From Perkinsela sp. CCAP 1560/9 (Eukaryota; Protista; Euglenozoa: Kinetoplastea), in NCBI GenBank assembly GCA_965644495.1, contig CBFFSA010000014.1, positions 1 through 64,000 of the forward strand: DNA of 64,000 nucleotides. The letters run 5' to 3'. The notes under the pieces are model-generated. The model worked only from the letters and a program-made list of their open reading frames with translations. It had not been told where the DNA came from and searched no databases. Of this stretch, positions 1 to 13,200 are shown piece after piece (the first letter of the stretch is position 1; the number at the start of each line of letters is the position of its first letter). The position numbers and the translations under genes are program-made.

Positions 1-3000
1 TTTTTTCCGAAAAAATCCGAACTTGGCGGACCCGTCCTGCGGATACGCGGGGGGGTCACCCCCGGGTAGGGGGGTGGAAAATGCGCGCCAAGACCCCGGC
101 TACCCTTTCTGCGGTTTTTTTTCGAAAACTAATTTTTTCGAAAAAATTTGATCGACCATGCCCCCCCCCCCCTGGACCCCCCCCTGGACCCCCCCCCTGG
201 ACCCCCCCCATGGACCCCCCATTTTTTTCAAAATTTTTTTTCAGTTTTGGACCACCGGAGCCCCCTTTTATATTTTTTTCTTCTATTATATTACTGTGTT
301 CCCCTTTATATTTTCACTGTTTTTGTTCACTTTTTTTTCAATAATCGAGTGTAGAGCGGTAGTTTTACAACCACCGCAATGCTTTCAACTTAGAAGTCAC
401 TCATGCTGCGCGCTTCGCGTTGAAAACTACCGCCGCGTTTAACGAAGAGCCTAAAAAAGAAAATTTAGCCTGGAAAACGGAAAGATTATAGCCAAAAATC
501 GCCAAATTTCGGGTACAAATGGGGTCATTTTCGCATATTTTTGCTCTCAGAGCACTAAATCCGACATTTGCGCGTGGGAAATCACTCGCAGGCATGAATG
601 AAAGCCTACCGAACGTATTGGGTAGAGAATGCGACTCCAACCATACCATTTTTTCGACACAAAAATGCCCCTTTAGGTCCGAAAAATACTTTTTCACCTT
701 TTTTAGTCAAAAATGGGTCATTTTGGGGGGCGCACCACGGTTAGAAGAAGGGATACCTTGCGAAAACAACTGCGGAGAAAGCTAGTGTAGGTCCCAAACT
801 ATCAAAATACAATAGGGGAAACCATTTTGGAAAAATATTTTTTTTGTCATTTTTTTCGCCAAGTTGAATTTATTTTCAAAAAATTTTTTCCGAAAAAATC
901 CGAACTTGGCGGACCCGTCCTGCGGATACGCGGGGGGGTCACCCCCGGGTAGGGGGGTGGAAAATGCGCGCCAAGACCCCGGCTACCCTTTCTGCAGTTT
1001 TTTTTCGAAAACTAATTTTTTCGAAAAAATTTGATCGACCATGCCCCCCCCCCCCTGGACCCCCCCCATGGACCCCCCATTTTTTTCAAATTTTTTTTTC
1101 AGTTTTGTACCACCGGAGCCCCCTTTTATATTTTTTTCTTCTATTATATTACTGTGTTCCTCTTTATATTTTCACTGTTTTTGTTCACTTTTTTTTCAAT
1201 AATCGAGTGTAGAGCGGTAGTTTTACAACCACCGCAATTTTCTTTTCTAGGCTCTTCGTTAAACGCGGTGGTTGCTTTCAACTTAGAAGTCACTCATGCT
1301 GCGCGCTTCGCGTTGAAAACTACCGCCGCGTTTAACGAAGAGCCTAAAAAAGAAAATTTAGCCTGGAAAACGGAAAGATTATAGCCAAAAATAGCCGAAT
1401 TTCGGGTACAAATGGGGTCATTTTCGCATATTTTTGCTCTCAGAGCACTAAATCCGACATTTGCGCGTGGGAAATCACTCGCAGGCATGAATGAAAGCCT
1501 ACCGAACGTATTGGGTAGAGAATGCGACTCCAACCATACCATTCTTTCGACACAAAAATGCCCCTTTAGGTCCGAAAAATACTTTTTCACCTTTTTTAGT
1601 CAAAAATGGGTCATTTTGGGGGGCGCACCACGGTTCGAAGAAGTGATACCTTGCGAAACAACTGCGTAGAAAGCTAGTGTAGGTCCCAAACTATCAAAAT
1701 ACAATAGGGGAAACCATTTTGGAAAAATATTTTTTTTTGTCATTTTTTTCGCCAAGTTGAATTTTTTTTCAAAAAATTTTTTCCGAAAAATCCGAACTTG
1801 GCGGACCCGTCCTGCGGATACGCGGGGGGGTCACCCCCGGGTAGGGGGGTGGAAAATGCGCGCCAAGACCCCGGCTACCCTTTCTGCAGTTTTTTTTCGA
1901 AAACTAATTTTTTCTAAAAAATTTGATCGACCATGCCCCCCCCCCCCTGGACCCCCCCCCTGGACCCCCCCCCTGGACCCCCCCCCTGGACCCCCCCCAT
2001 GGACCCCCCATTTTTTTCAATTTTTTTTTTCAGTTTTGGACCACCGGAGCCCCCTTTTATATTTTTTTCTTCTATTATATTACTGTGTTCCTCTTTATAT
2101 TTTCACTGTTTTTGTTCACTTTTTTTTCAATAATCGAGTGTAGAGCGGTAGTTTTACAACCACCGCAATATAATTATTTTCTTTTTTAGGCTCTTCGTTA
2201 AACGCGGTGGTTGCTTTCAACTTAGAAGTCACTCATGCTGCGCGCTTCGCGTTGAAAACTACCGCCGCGTTTAACGAAGAGCCTAAAAAAGAAAATTTAG
2301 CCTGGAAAACGGAAAGATTATAGCCAAAAATAGCCGATTTTCGGGTACAAATGGGGTCATTTTCGCATATTTTTGCTCTCAGAGCACTAAATCCGACATT
2401 TGCGCGTGGGAAATCACTCGCAGGCATGAATGAAAGCCTACCGAACGTATTGGGTAGAGAATACGACTCCAACCATACCATTCTTTCGACACAAAAATGC
2501 CCCTTTAGGTCCGAAAAATACTTTTTCACCTTTTTTAGTCAAAAGTGGGTCATTTTGAGGGGCGCACCACAGTTCGAAGAAGTGATACCTTGCGAAAACA
2601 ACTGCGTAGAAAGCTAGTGTAGGTCCCAAACTATCAAAATACAATAGGGGAAACGATTTTGGAAAAATATTTTTTTTGTCATTTTTTTCGCCAAGTTGAA
2701 TTTTTATTCGAAAAAATTTTTCCGAAAAAATCCGAACTTGGCGGACCCGTCCTGCGGATACGCGGGGGGGTCACCCCCGGGTAGGGGGGTGGAAAATGCG
2801 CGCCAAGACCCCGGCTACCCTTTCTGCGGTTTTTTTTCGAAAACTAATTTTTTCGAAAAAATTTGATCGACCATGCCCCCCCCCCCCTGGACCCCCCCCC
2901 TGGACCCCCCCCCCTGGACCCCCCCCATGGACCCCCCATTTTTTTCAAAAAATTTTTTCAGTTTTGGACCACCGGAGCCCCCTTTTATATTTTTTTCTTC

Positions 3001-3098
3001 TATTATATTACTGTGTTCCTCTTTATATTTTCACTGTTTTTGTTCACTTTTTTTTCAATAATCGAGTGTAGAGCGGTAGTTTTACAACCACCGCAATA
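1..3098 (+). repeat. Tandem array of ~0.9-kb non-coding units (about 3.4 copies; putative non-autonomous Helentron/DINE-like element)
   Basis: The same sequence recurs at 81, 964, 1856, 2796. Full units start with a 99-bp palindrome (e.g. 1248-1346, TAGGCTCTTCGTTAAACGCGG...CCGCGTTTAACGAAGAGCCTA), contain a variable (C7-10TGGA)n minisatellite and end with hairpin GCGGTAGTT-TTAC-AACCACCGC. Confidence 0.85.
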
Positions 3099-3900
3099 AG
3101 TGTCCCTAGGTATAATAACTTTGCTTTGCAAAAAGGATAAAAAAAATTTCGCGCCGCTTCGCGGCGCGTTCTTCTTCACATTGCCCACAACAAGTTATGA
3201 TCCATTTGTAAGTTTCCCTCTCGCGCCTGGGGAAACGTGTGCGAGTGGGGGGTAAGATTGTTTTCTGGGGGGTCAGGGGTAAAAGAATATGAAATGCCAC
3301 GAATACATGTATTTTCGTGGTTACTATACCCCAACTGATCAAAATTCTTGACAAGGGATGTAATGCAAACAGATAGTGGCAGACGGTGACAGATGGTGGC
3401 AGACAAAACCATACACTTCTGCAGTACATCCAATGTCAATCTGATTTCTTGGTAAGTTTCCCTCATCAAACGCAACATTGAAATTTACGCGCAGTGAGTG
3501 GAAAAGATTGCTGCGACAACAAAGAGCATGCACCAGCATGCTTTTACGTGTCCAGGAGATGAATTAACCCTTTCGGAGTGTTTATGTTTGGGCGATCGTC
3601 CGTAATCCCGTCTTTGTGGCATAAATCAGGGGGGGGGATCAGAAAAATTGTAAAAAATGCAAGATTTTGTCTACCAAAAAACAATGTGATCTATGTGCAT
3701 TCGAAAATCCAAACGCAGATTACGTGCCTGCACGTTCATGAGCCCTGTTCGAGTGCTCTCGAATGCGCTATAACTTTCCAAAATGGGCCAAGTTTTACAA
3801 ATTTTAGTCCCCTCCCACATCAAAGTTTACTGTCCTGTAAGTTCTGCACCCGCCTCTGAAGGTAGGGGGGGGGAGGTATAATAAGGACCCTAGGGACACT

Positions 3901-4825
3901 TATTGCGGTGGTTGTAAAACTACCGCTCTACACTCGATTATTGAAAAAAAAGTGAACAAAAACAGTGAAAATATAAAGAGGAACACAGTAATATAATAGA
4001 AGAAAAAAATATAAAAGGGGGCTCCGGTGGTCCAAAACTGAAAAAATTTTTTGAAAAAAATGGGGGGTCCATGGGGGGGGTCCAGGGGGGGGTCCAGGGG
4101 GGGGGTCCAGGGGGGGGGTCCAGGGGGGGGGGGCATGGTCGATCAAATTTTTTCGAAAAAATTAGTTTTCGAAAAAAAACCGCAGAAAGGGTAGCCGGGG
4201 TCTTGGCGCGCATTTTCCACCCCCCTACCCGGGGGTGACCCCCCCGCGTATCCGCAGGACGGGTCCGCCAAGTTCGGATTTTTTCGGAAAAATTTTTTCG
4301 AAAAAAAATTCAACTTGGCGAAAAAAATGACAAAAAAAATATTTTTCCAAAATCGTTTCCCCTATTGTATTTTGATAGTTTGGGACCTACACTAGCTTTC
4401 TACGCAGTTGTTTTCGCAAGGTATCACTTCTTCGAACTGTGGTGCGCCCCTCAAAATGACCCACTTTTGACTAAAAAAGGTGAAAAAGTATTTTTCGGAC
4501 CTAAAGGGGCATTTTTGTGTCGAAAGAATGGTATGGTTGGAGTCGTATTCTCTACCCAATACGTTCGGTAGGCTTTCATTCATGCCTGCGAGTGATTTCC
4601 CACGCGCAAATGTCGGATTTAGTGCTCTGAGAGCAAAAATATGCGAAAATGACCCCATTTGTACCCGAAAATCGGCTATTTTTGGCTATAATCTTTCCGT
4701 TTTCCAGGCTAAATTTTCTTTTTTAGGCTCTTCGTTAAACGCGGCGGTAGTTTTCAACGCGAAGCGCGCAGCATGAGTGACTTCTAAGTTGAAAGCAACC
4801 ACCGCGTTTAACGAAGAGCCTAAAA
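3901..4825 (-). repeat. Inverted copy of the 0.9-kb unit
   Basis: Reverse complement of unit 2184-3098, sharing its diagnostic variants (ATACGACTCC, TTGAGG, AAACGATTTT). Confidence 0.9.
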
Positions 4826-4881
4826 ATTATACCTAGGAGGTACAATAGGTGTCCCTAGGTATAATAACCCGGACGGTGGTT
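4824..4881. repeat. Dispersed palindrome TATACCTAGG...CCTAGGTATA (transposon end-like)
   Basis: Near-identical copy at ~39268-39327; partial copies at 3099-3119 and 3875-3900. Confidence 0.65.
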
Positions 4882-5308
4882 TAATTAAAAATTCACTAAT
4901 TTTTGTTTTACTAATTTGTGCACTGCCCCAAAAAATTTGCCAACTTGATAAAATCAATTTTTACAGAAACGGTATTTCTGTCGTTTGAGTAGGTTGTCTC
5001 CTCTAAGGTCTGCGTTAGTACCATCTGCAAAATGGTAATGCTAGGGAAGGCCGCGAGGAGGTCCCGACCGTACCCCGAATCGGCACTTTTTTACACTGCT
5101 GTTACAGTGGAGTTTGCGCAGTCTGCGCGTGAAGCTTAGTGACGTTTCGTGATAGCCAGGCGTTGCACAGAAATCCAGTGTGAAACAACCTACTCATGGT
5201 ACTGACAGGTACACTAGAAAAAACATGTTACACATGGAAGTACGAAGCCAGAAACTGTTTTTATTCCCTCACACTTTGATGTAATGATGCGTCAAAAATA
5301 TTCATTTC

Positions 5309-6919
5309 TCATTTCTGTCGTCGTCCCCTTTTTGCCGTAAATGACGGTACCCCCTCCCCCTCCTCCTTTCCCCCCACCCCATGCACCTGAACCCTTCCGT
5401 GTGTTCCTTCCGACCCCTCTCCCCCTCTTCCTTTATTTTTTTCTTTCCGGGCCAGGGCCAGGGCTACCTCTCGGCGTGCGCTCTCCTGCTGGGCTCGCCG
5501 TGTCATCCGCTCCCTCTCCTCCCTGCTGTACCGCACTTTATGGTAATCATACAACGAGCCCTGTGGTTTGTAGCTTACGGCTCGTAAAACACTATGGGAG
5601 GATACGCGATTTTGTGGTTCATTTGTTTGTAAATCCCCAATGCTTTGCTCTCCTGCTGCTAATAATTCCCGCCCTGTGGTATTTCCCTCTGAAAGCCCCC
5701 AACTTGCGATTGTTTGCTCTCTGCCCTCCAACAATGCCGCTTTCACTTGTTGTAATTTTTGTTCTCCAGATCCCGTAATGGCATGGCTTCTATTTCGATT
5801 TGGATCGCTGTTATCCGCATTCCACTCCTCCATGCGTCGACACAAATAACTTCGCATTTCATACCCTTTCGAGCCATCCGGAGCGTAGCGATAGGCATCG
5901 ACTCGAGCCGCGAGTACAACTTTATGGGAAACCATTCGAACAATTTTATGTCGCACTTCCGCAGGCTGGGATTGCACAAGATCGCTGTTTAATAAGTAGC
6001 CCCCGATGGAGAGCAGGTGCGAAGGGGCTGAAGCATCCGAAGACTGCCCTGAGCTTTTCCCCAAACTCGCAACGGTCTCCGGGGACATCTCACACAGCGA
6101 CACCAGGGAACCGGAAAGCCCAAAAAGTTGAGCCGCAATCCCGGGACCGATTAAATTACAAAGATTGGGAGCGAGCAGCATAATCCGCGAGGAGAGATAA
6201 TCCAACAGAATTTGTTTCACACTCTCCAGGGAGGTAAACTCCTCGGTGGCATCCAACAGCGTTGACGCGGTTGCCGTAGCTAACACCGTCCCACGCGAAA
6301 CGGAAGCCACCACGAGAAGCGCCGCGCAAAGCTGGGAAGGGAGATGATCTCTTAACATCTCTATTTTCTCCCCCATTTCGGAAAGGTTTACAAAATTGCC
6401 CATCGCGTGGACAATGGCGCAGTACGCGCCTCGATCCACCACGAGCGCGGCTAACTCGGGGAGGCGCTGAGCGTAGAGCGAACGGATCGCGTCGTAGAGT
6501 GCAATTTTCGTCCGTTCAATGTGGCCAATCATATCGGCTGTGGTGCGAAGCAGGGCGTGCTCGGGGTCCTCCGGGAGGATGGTTGTCTTTTCCATATCCA
6601 TATGCTGGATGGAGTCCAGGATTTGATGGAGCGTGAGATTTTGGGTAAGGCGCTGGACCCCACAGAGTAAGGGGGGTGGGGGAGGAGAAGCAGAAGCAGA
6701 AGCAGCCGCTGCCTCGGGTGGGTGTAATTTTTGTGGAGAAAAATCATCGGGCGCAGATTTTGTGGTGAGGGGGAGGAAAGGGGGGATAGGGGGAAAGGTT
6801 GCCTCTTCCTCAGTGCTGGAGTCGAGGCTGCTGAGGGTGTCTTCGTCACTGTATTCGTCGGTGGGATCGTCGTGAGAGGGATGGTGTGCTTTGTGAGAAG
6901 TGTCATCTGAGTCTGACAT
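5309..6919 (-). CDS. PRP31: U4/U6 snRNP protein Prp31 (Nop domain)
   Basis: LYAQRLPELAALV, YLSSRIMLLAPNLCNLIGPGIAAQLFGLSGSL and KVVLAARVDA match NOSIC/Nop motifs of Prp31. Confidence 0.85.
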   Translation of the reverse strand: MSDSDDTSHKAHHPSHDDPTDEYSDEDTLSSLDSSTEEEATFPPIPPFLPLTTKSAPDDFSPQKLHPPEAAAASASASPPPPPLLCGVQRLTQNLTLHQILDSIQHMDMEKTTILPEDPEHALLRTTADMIGHIERTKIALYDAIRSLYAQRLPELAALVVDRGAYCAIVHAMGNFVNLSEMGEKIEMLRDHLPSQLCAALLVVASVSRGTVLATATASTLLDATEEFTSLESVKQILLDYLSSRIMLLAPNLCNLIGPGIAAQLFGLSGSLVSLCEMSPETVASLGKSSGQSSDASAPSHLLSIGGYLLNSDLVQSQPAEVRHKIVRMVSHKVVLAARVDAYRYAPDGSKGYEMRSYLCRRMEEWNADNSDPNRNRSHAITGSGEQKLQQVKAALLEGREQTIASWGLSEGNTTGRELLAAGEQSIGDLQTNEPQNRVSSHSVLRAVSYKPQGSLYDYHKVRYSREERERMTRRAQQESARREVALALARKEKNKGRGGEGSEGTHGRVQVHGVGGKEEGEGVPSFTAKRGRRQK

Positions 6920-7293
6920 TGTGCAAGGCGTGAGGAAAAGGAGTTAGAAAAGAAGATACGGGCTTAAATAAGAATAGAAAAGATATTCGAGTTAATCCTT
7001 GAGAGTTTCCAGTGTTTTGTTCCATTTTTTAAATATTTTTTTGAGTGTAAACGAACGTAGCCTGATAAGAGTTGTGAGCAGTACAATATTATAAAATGAA
7101 GTGAACTTTATGTTGGAGTAAGCGTGTTTGTTTGAGTTTACACAAAAAACCCAAAAAGGCACAACGAACACAAATTTTTCGAACACAAGCGCATCATCTC
7201 TCTCAAGTCACAACAACAAAATGCACACGTAACTATTGCACCATATTCTTTTTACAAAACACTGAATTCCTTGCCCTCACAACCCCACCCCCT

Positions 7294-10200
7294 TCACTCC
7301 CCCCACTCACGACTTCTTGCCGATTTCGACCCCTCTCGGGATATCGACGATTCCACCACTTTTACCCTTGTATATTTTTTCTTTCCCTTCCCCCCTGCAT
7401 GATTAGAGTTCTTCGTTTCCTTCTCCTCTGCGCCCCTCCCCTCATATGCCTCTACTACCCTATTTGCCTCATAGGGCTCATAGGGGGCATAGGAGGAGGT
7501 GGCTCGAGTAGAGGACAGACCCAGCGAAGGGGACCGCTCGGTCTCCCCCTCCTCTACGCGTTCCACTACGGAAGGCGTGAGCTCGGTGTCACTCGGGAGA
7601 TGAGAAAACGAGGTAGAGGGCTGAGTCCCCGTTTCTCTTGTTGCCTTTTGCTGTAGGCTCTGAAAAGGATCATAGAGCGGGGAGAGCCCATGGGAGGAGC
7701 TAGGCAGCCCCGTAGTCTCCCCTTCGGTGGTTGTGGGGGTATACAACATGGAGAGAACCCCCTCGACCCCATCCGTAATGGATTGAAGATTTGAAAGAGA
7801 GGTACCTTTTTTGTTATCCCCGGTTTCGTCGCCCTCCTCGGTACGAGAAAACGACAGAAACGAGGGTTCTGGGTTTTTCGAATCTCCGTGAGATCGAGGA
7901 GAGTCTGGGGCTCCAAAGAAAGGAGCGGTTTCTGAAAAACGATCCGTACTTGGGGAGTTGCGTGAGCTATCGGAGATTCCAGAGGAGGGTTGGTAGGTTC
8001 GAAGTTCCATCCCCGCAGCCGCTCGAGGCGCACTGGAGGAGGAGGAGTCGGTGGCATGGGAAGAGGATCGAAGATTGGAAACCGACGAACGTAGACCGGA
8101 GGCATCACGGAACGCGGAGGAGTGGGTGGAGAGCGTGGTGAACCCGGTACTGCCCTCGAGGCTTTCCTCCCGTTCGGAGGAGATTTTGGAGGAGCTGGGA
8201 GAGGGTACTGGCCCGGTTGGGGTAGCCCACACCGAGGGAACAGGTGCCGTGCGTTTATCTCCCTTTTCTGCTCTTTGAAACACCCCAGGGATGGGCATCA
8301 CACCACGTGCGGTTGCGGTAGGCATCGGAGAGGAGGCCACGGAGGAGTTCGCCCCGGTGCTGGACAACATGGGAGGGACGTAACTGCTTGAGGGGACGGA
8401 GGACACCGAGCGTGTGTCGCCTTCCCCGGAGGAAACCCCCGAGGGGGGTGGTGGGAAGTTCTCGACCCCGGTCTCACTCATTAATCCCACCGACCCCGCA
8501 CGAGAGCCGGCTGCCCCATAGCCTAGATTCAATCCATAGGCGGAGGTTTGTGCCATTGGGGTGGCAGAACTCCCGGTAGAAGAAACCAAACCACTGCTCA
8601 AAGCGGGACTTACTAAACCAAACCCCCCTGCGCTAAGAGCGGGAGAGACCAGCCCAGGCACAGGCAGAGACAACACCGAAGAATGTCCGTGACCCATTGC
8701 GCTTTGACTGGATCCCGAGCGCAAACTTTGTGACGCTTGGCGGGTATTTCCCGCGGCGTCCCCCATACCCCATTCCGAGGCTGACCCCGGTGGCATTCCC
8801 CGCGCAATCGGCTGATCAAGAAAGGGCGTCGGATGGGAGACACCTCCACTCGCCGAGGAGCCCTCCCGTGCGGTTGAGGTGAACCCAGAATAGGCCCCAG
8901 GACTGTGATACACCCCCTCGACCCCACGTGCTCGCACCGCCTGCTCCTGCGTCGTACCGCTTTGAATGACCCCCTCATGGAGCAACACATCAAATGCCCC
9001 GGTGCCTCCTTTAATCGGCTGTCCGAGCATAATATTGGAACTCACCCCGGCGATCTCATCCACCTCCCCGTGTGCTGCGCCCTCCATTAAAACCTCAAGC
9101 TGCTGCTCATAGGTCGCACGCATGAGAGGACCGGAATCTGTCTTGGCCATCCCCTGACGAGTGAGTGGCGTGAGATGTCCTCGTCCGGTCATAATCTCAG
9201 CGAGCATAAGAAAATGTCGATGGTTCACATCGACACCGTATTTTTCATACACCGCAAGCATTTCTTTACACAAAACTTGCATCACGGCCTCGATGCCAAG
9301 GACTTGAAAGACTTCGGTGATGTGATTGGTGAGCGTTCGGGTGGCATCCACAATCGGGAGCCCGAGGACTTGAAGGAGATTCGACCCCTCGGTTTCGACA
9401 AAAAACTCTTTTTTCTCGACATATTCCCCGGAATGGGGATCGAGGACGAAATATTTCTCACGCTCCGTGATAAACGATTTGGTGACGCCAGGGACCCCGG
9501 AGAGACGAACACGACGGAGTAACTCGGGGAAGGTTTTACGGTACAACTCGACGGTGTCTTGGACATGAAACGGTTCCCCGGCTTCATAGGCTTGCTCCGC
9601 TTGTTTATGCAGGTCGCTTTCGTCCTCTAATCGGATGCGAAGGACCGGGACGGCAGCATTGGGATCTGAGGCCTCATAGTGCCATTTGTCCTCGACCGCA
9701 CGGAGAGCTTCTCCCATTTCTTCTGGACTTAGTCGCATCAGATGCATGGTGGTGGGATCTAAGAGAAGTCGCATGACAAAACGAGAGGCGTGTTCCCGGA
9801 TGCGTACCATCTCCGCTTGCCGTTCTGGGGGATGGAATTCAAGATCCCACCAGCGGGCGACAAAGTCATGGTCGGCCTCCACTACGGTCTCTGCGGGATC
9901 TGGGTCGTAGTGAATCTCCACAGTCTGCACGAGGTCGTAAAGTGTCTTGTGCTCGATTTGGGATAACGCATGCAGAGCACCCTCTTTTGTCCCGGCGAAT
10001 TCGGGGGTAAGAAAAATACTCATGTTGCTGACCTTTGGGTTACGGGTGCAGTTGATCAGCTCCTTGAGACGAGGAACCCCGAGAGTGACGTTCTTACTCG
10101 CGACCCCAGCGAAGTGAAACGTGTTCAGGGTCATCTGGGTCGCAGGTTCGCCACAGCTCTGAGCGGCAATCGCCCCCACCATCTCTCCTGGGTGAACTAA

Positions 10201-13200
10201 GGCTTGTTGGTACCGGGAGCAGATCTCCCCGCAGAGCCAGTCAAAGGCTTTTTGGTCCAGACGATATTCTTTAATGACTCGACGGGAGTTTAAGTAGCCG
10301 TACAGTGCCATACGGAAGGTACACAGCGCGGTATCCAGCCGTAGTCGGGTCCATTTGTTGTGTCGGCCTCGGTTTCGGGTCGGAAGAAACCTTTCTACGG
10401 TATTCAGCACCTCCCCGATGGCTTGAATCACGTGCAGCGGATTCAGCGCGCTTCGCTGGCTGGGACGTTTTCCAACATCAAATCGTTCCTGCGCGAGCTG
10501 GATGAGTCGAGGAAAGTGTACCGCGAGACCAAAGTTCTCTTTTCGAGTGTTACGAAAGAGTGCGCGGAAGGATTCGCGTTGCTGCTTCACGGAGTCGTAC
10601 TCGGTCATCAGGGTGCGGTACTCCGCTGGGTTGTCTCGGAAATACTTGCGTACCCCGGGGGAGAGGTACTCGCCACCAAACCGTGGCAGCACAGTTCCGT
10701 CGTCTGCAATTTCGTAACGGTACACCTCCGCAAAACGAGCGTTTCCCCAGGTTAAAAACGGAAGATCCTGTTTCACCTCTACCTTGGGCCCATCCAAGCC
10801 ATCCTCCCCGTAGGTAAACTGCAGCACGCGGTTTGCGGCGTTTCGTACGGTGCCATCATACCCGACGGTAAGATCCTCACACATTTTTATAATCCGTCTC
10901 TGAATGTAGCCCGTGTCGGCGGTCTTACATGCGGTATCAATCAACCCCTCCCGTCCTGCCATAGCGTGGAAGAAGAAATCTGGGGCTGTAAGACCTCGGA
11001 TGTAGCTGTTTTTAATGTACCCTTTACTCTGGGGTCCGTAGTCATCACGTACAAAGTGGGGAAGCGTTCGACGACGAAACCCAAACTGGATGCGTTTGCC
11101 CTCACAATTTTGTTGCCCGACAATGGCGCCGATTTGGGAAATGTTCATTTCGTTTCCTTTACTGCCGGCCTTGTACATGCACTTGAAGCCGTTGTTGTCG
11201 CGATAGCCGTCGACAATCTTCTTACCCGCCTCGGTGCGACATTGACTTAGTACCGTGTTCACTTCCGTTTCAAACGCCTCAAGAAGCGTTTTGCCTCGCT
11301 TATCCGAAAAAGTATTATCCAGGGCGTTCTGGCAAATCTTTCTCACTTTTCCCTCCGTTTCGCGGAGTAAGTGGTCCACGTCACGCACACTTGCCTCCGT
11401 TGGGACGGAATCTTTAATCCCGACGCTAAAACTGTGATGAATGAGAAAATATGCCGTGATACGTTGTACAGCATTCATAAAGTCCTTACACGCGTCCGTG
11501 CCCTCGAGATTGACAATCACGTGAATCAGCGAGTTGAGCAGATTTCCCACAATCTTTTTTACCACAACCCCATGCAAAAGCTCCCCATGACGAATCAACA
11601 CCGAGAGATCACGAGGGGCCATCAGCGCTCCGTGTGCCGTTGTATCGGGGACATCATTTCCATCCTTCTCATGGGTTTCCAGCGACACCTTCGGCAAGGC
11701 CATTGTGAACGCCTGCTTGCCTGTCCACAACGGTTTAGGCTTTACAATCGCGGGACACACCAGCGAGCTCCACCCCTCCACCCACATACACATACTTTGG
11801 AACGTAAATTTATCCAGAAACGTGTTTCGTCGGGTTAACAAATACACCCCCGCGAGACTATCCTGCACGATCCCCATCACCGGGTACGCCTTCCCTGGAC
11901 TAATAAAATTCCGCGGCACCATCATAAACTCCATCAACTCCCCTTTCGTCAGCAAACTCTGCGGGAGATGCAAATTCATCTCATCCCCATCAAAATCCGC
12001 ATTATACGGCGTCGTGGTGGACAAATTCAACCGAAACGTGTTAAACGGCAACACCCGGGCCCTATGCCCCATCATCGACATCCGATGCAGCGTGGGCTGC
12101 CGATTAAACAACACCACATCCCCATCCCGCATATGCCGCTCCACAATCGACCCCACCGTCAGCACCACCTTGTTCAACCTCTCCGGGTTCATCTCCTTCA
12201 ACCCCAGCCGCTCCCCATTCGCTTGCAACACAAAATTCGCCCCGGGGTAGCGATGAGGGCCTCTTCGTACCAGCTCCGTAAGCCCCTCCCGGTTGTACCC
12301 CGTCACCCTCTCCGGGAAGCTCACGGTCATGGCCACACTCCGGGGGACCCCCACCTCATCGACCTCCACGTTCGGGTCTCCCGTAATCACCGTTCGCGCA
12401 CAGAACTCCACACGCTTTCCCATTAGGTGTTGCCGCACTCTGCCGTACTTCCCTTTGAGTCGCTCTGCTACGGACTTCAGCGCTCGGCCCTGGCGACTGG
12501 TGACTTTTTGTTTACGAAAGAGTGTCGTTGTGTTGTTGACATAACAGGAGAGATTCAACTGGAGAGCGGCTCGTGTGGCCGCGATCTCGTGCTGCAGCCC
12601 GGACTCGAGTTTGTGAGATAAGTCTTTGTTGAGTCGGATAATGGCTAAGAGGATATGGGTGAGATCATCCTCGGAGGGGAGAGCGGCGGTTGCGCTGTTG
12701 AAGGCGACGGAGGGACGGAGGTGGAGAGGGGGGACGGGGAAGATTTCGAGGAGGAGGTCACAGGGGTGGGAGGTTGAGGTTGGGGCATGTTGTGGGTTTG
12801 GTTTTTGTGGTTTCGTGTTTTGTGTTTTCGTATGGCTCTGTTCCTCCCGGAGATTACGGAAACGGGAGGGGGAGAAACCGAGAAAGGCCCAATGGGCGGG
12901 GTTGACTTTTTCGAAGAGACGAAGGACGTCATGGGCGGTCCATTGGGTGATCTCGGTGGAGGTGCCGTGTTCGGTGAGGAGATCAAACAGGAGAGTGCCT
13001 TCGGTACGACGAAGACGGGGTTGTTTCATGTTACAGCCCAGGGGGTGGTCGTTGTCTTCGTTGTCGTCGTTTTCGTTTTCGTGGTGGGGGTCTGTGGTGT
13101 AAGGGCGCGTAGATTTTGTGGTTTGACATGTGGTGCGACAAATTTGGGATAACGCTCGAAGACGGAAACGGGTGATGGAGATGGCATTGGCGCTGGGGTA

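Noticed and set aside
150-230. (C)nTGGA as telomeric repeat or CRISPR array
   Set aside because: Irregular unit length, embedded in a larger unit, no unique spacers or cas genes, not TTAGGG.
1-4825. Short ORFs in the 0.9-kb repeats
   Set aside because: Frames shift with homopolymer and minisatellite length between copies; low complexity, non-coding.
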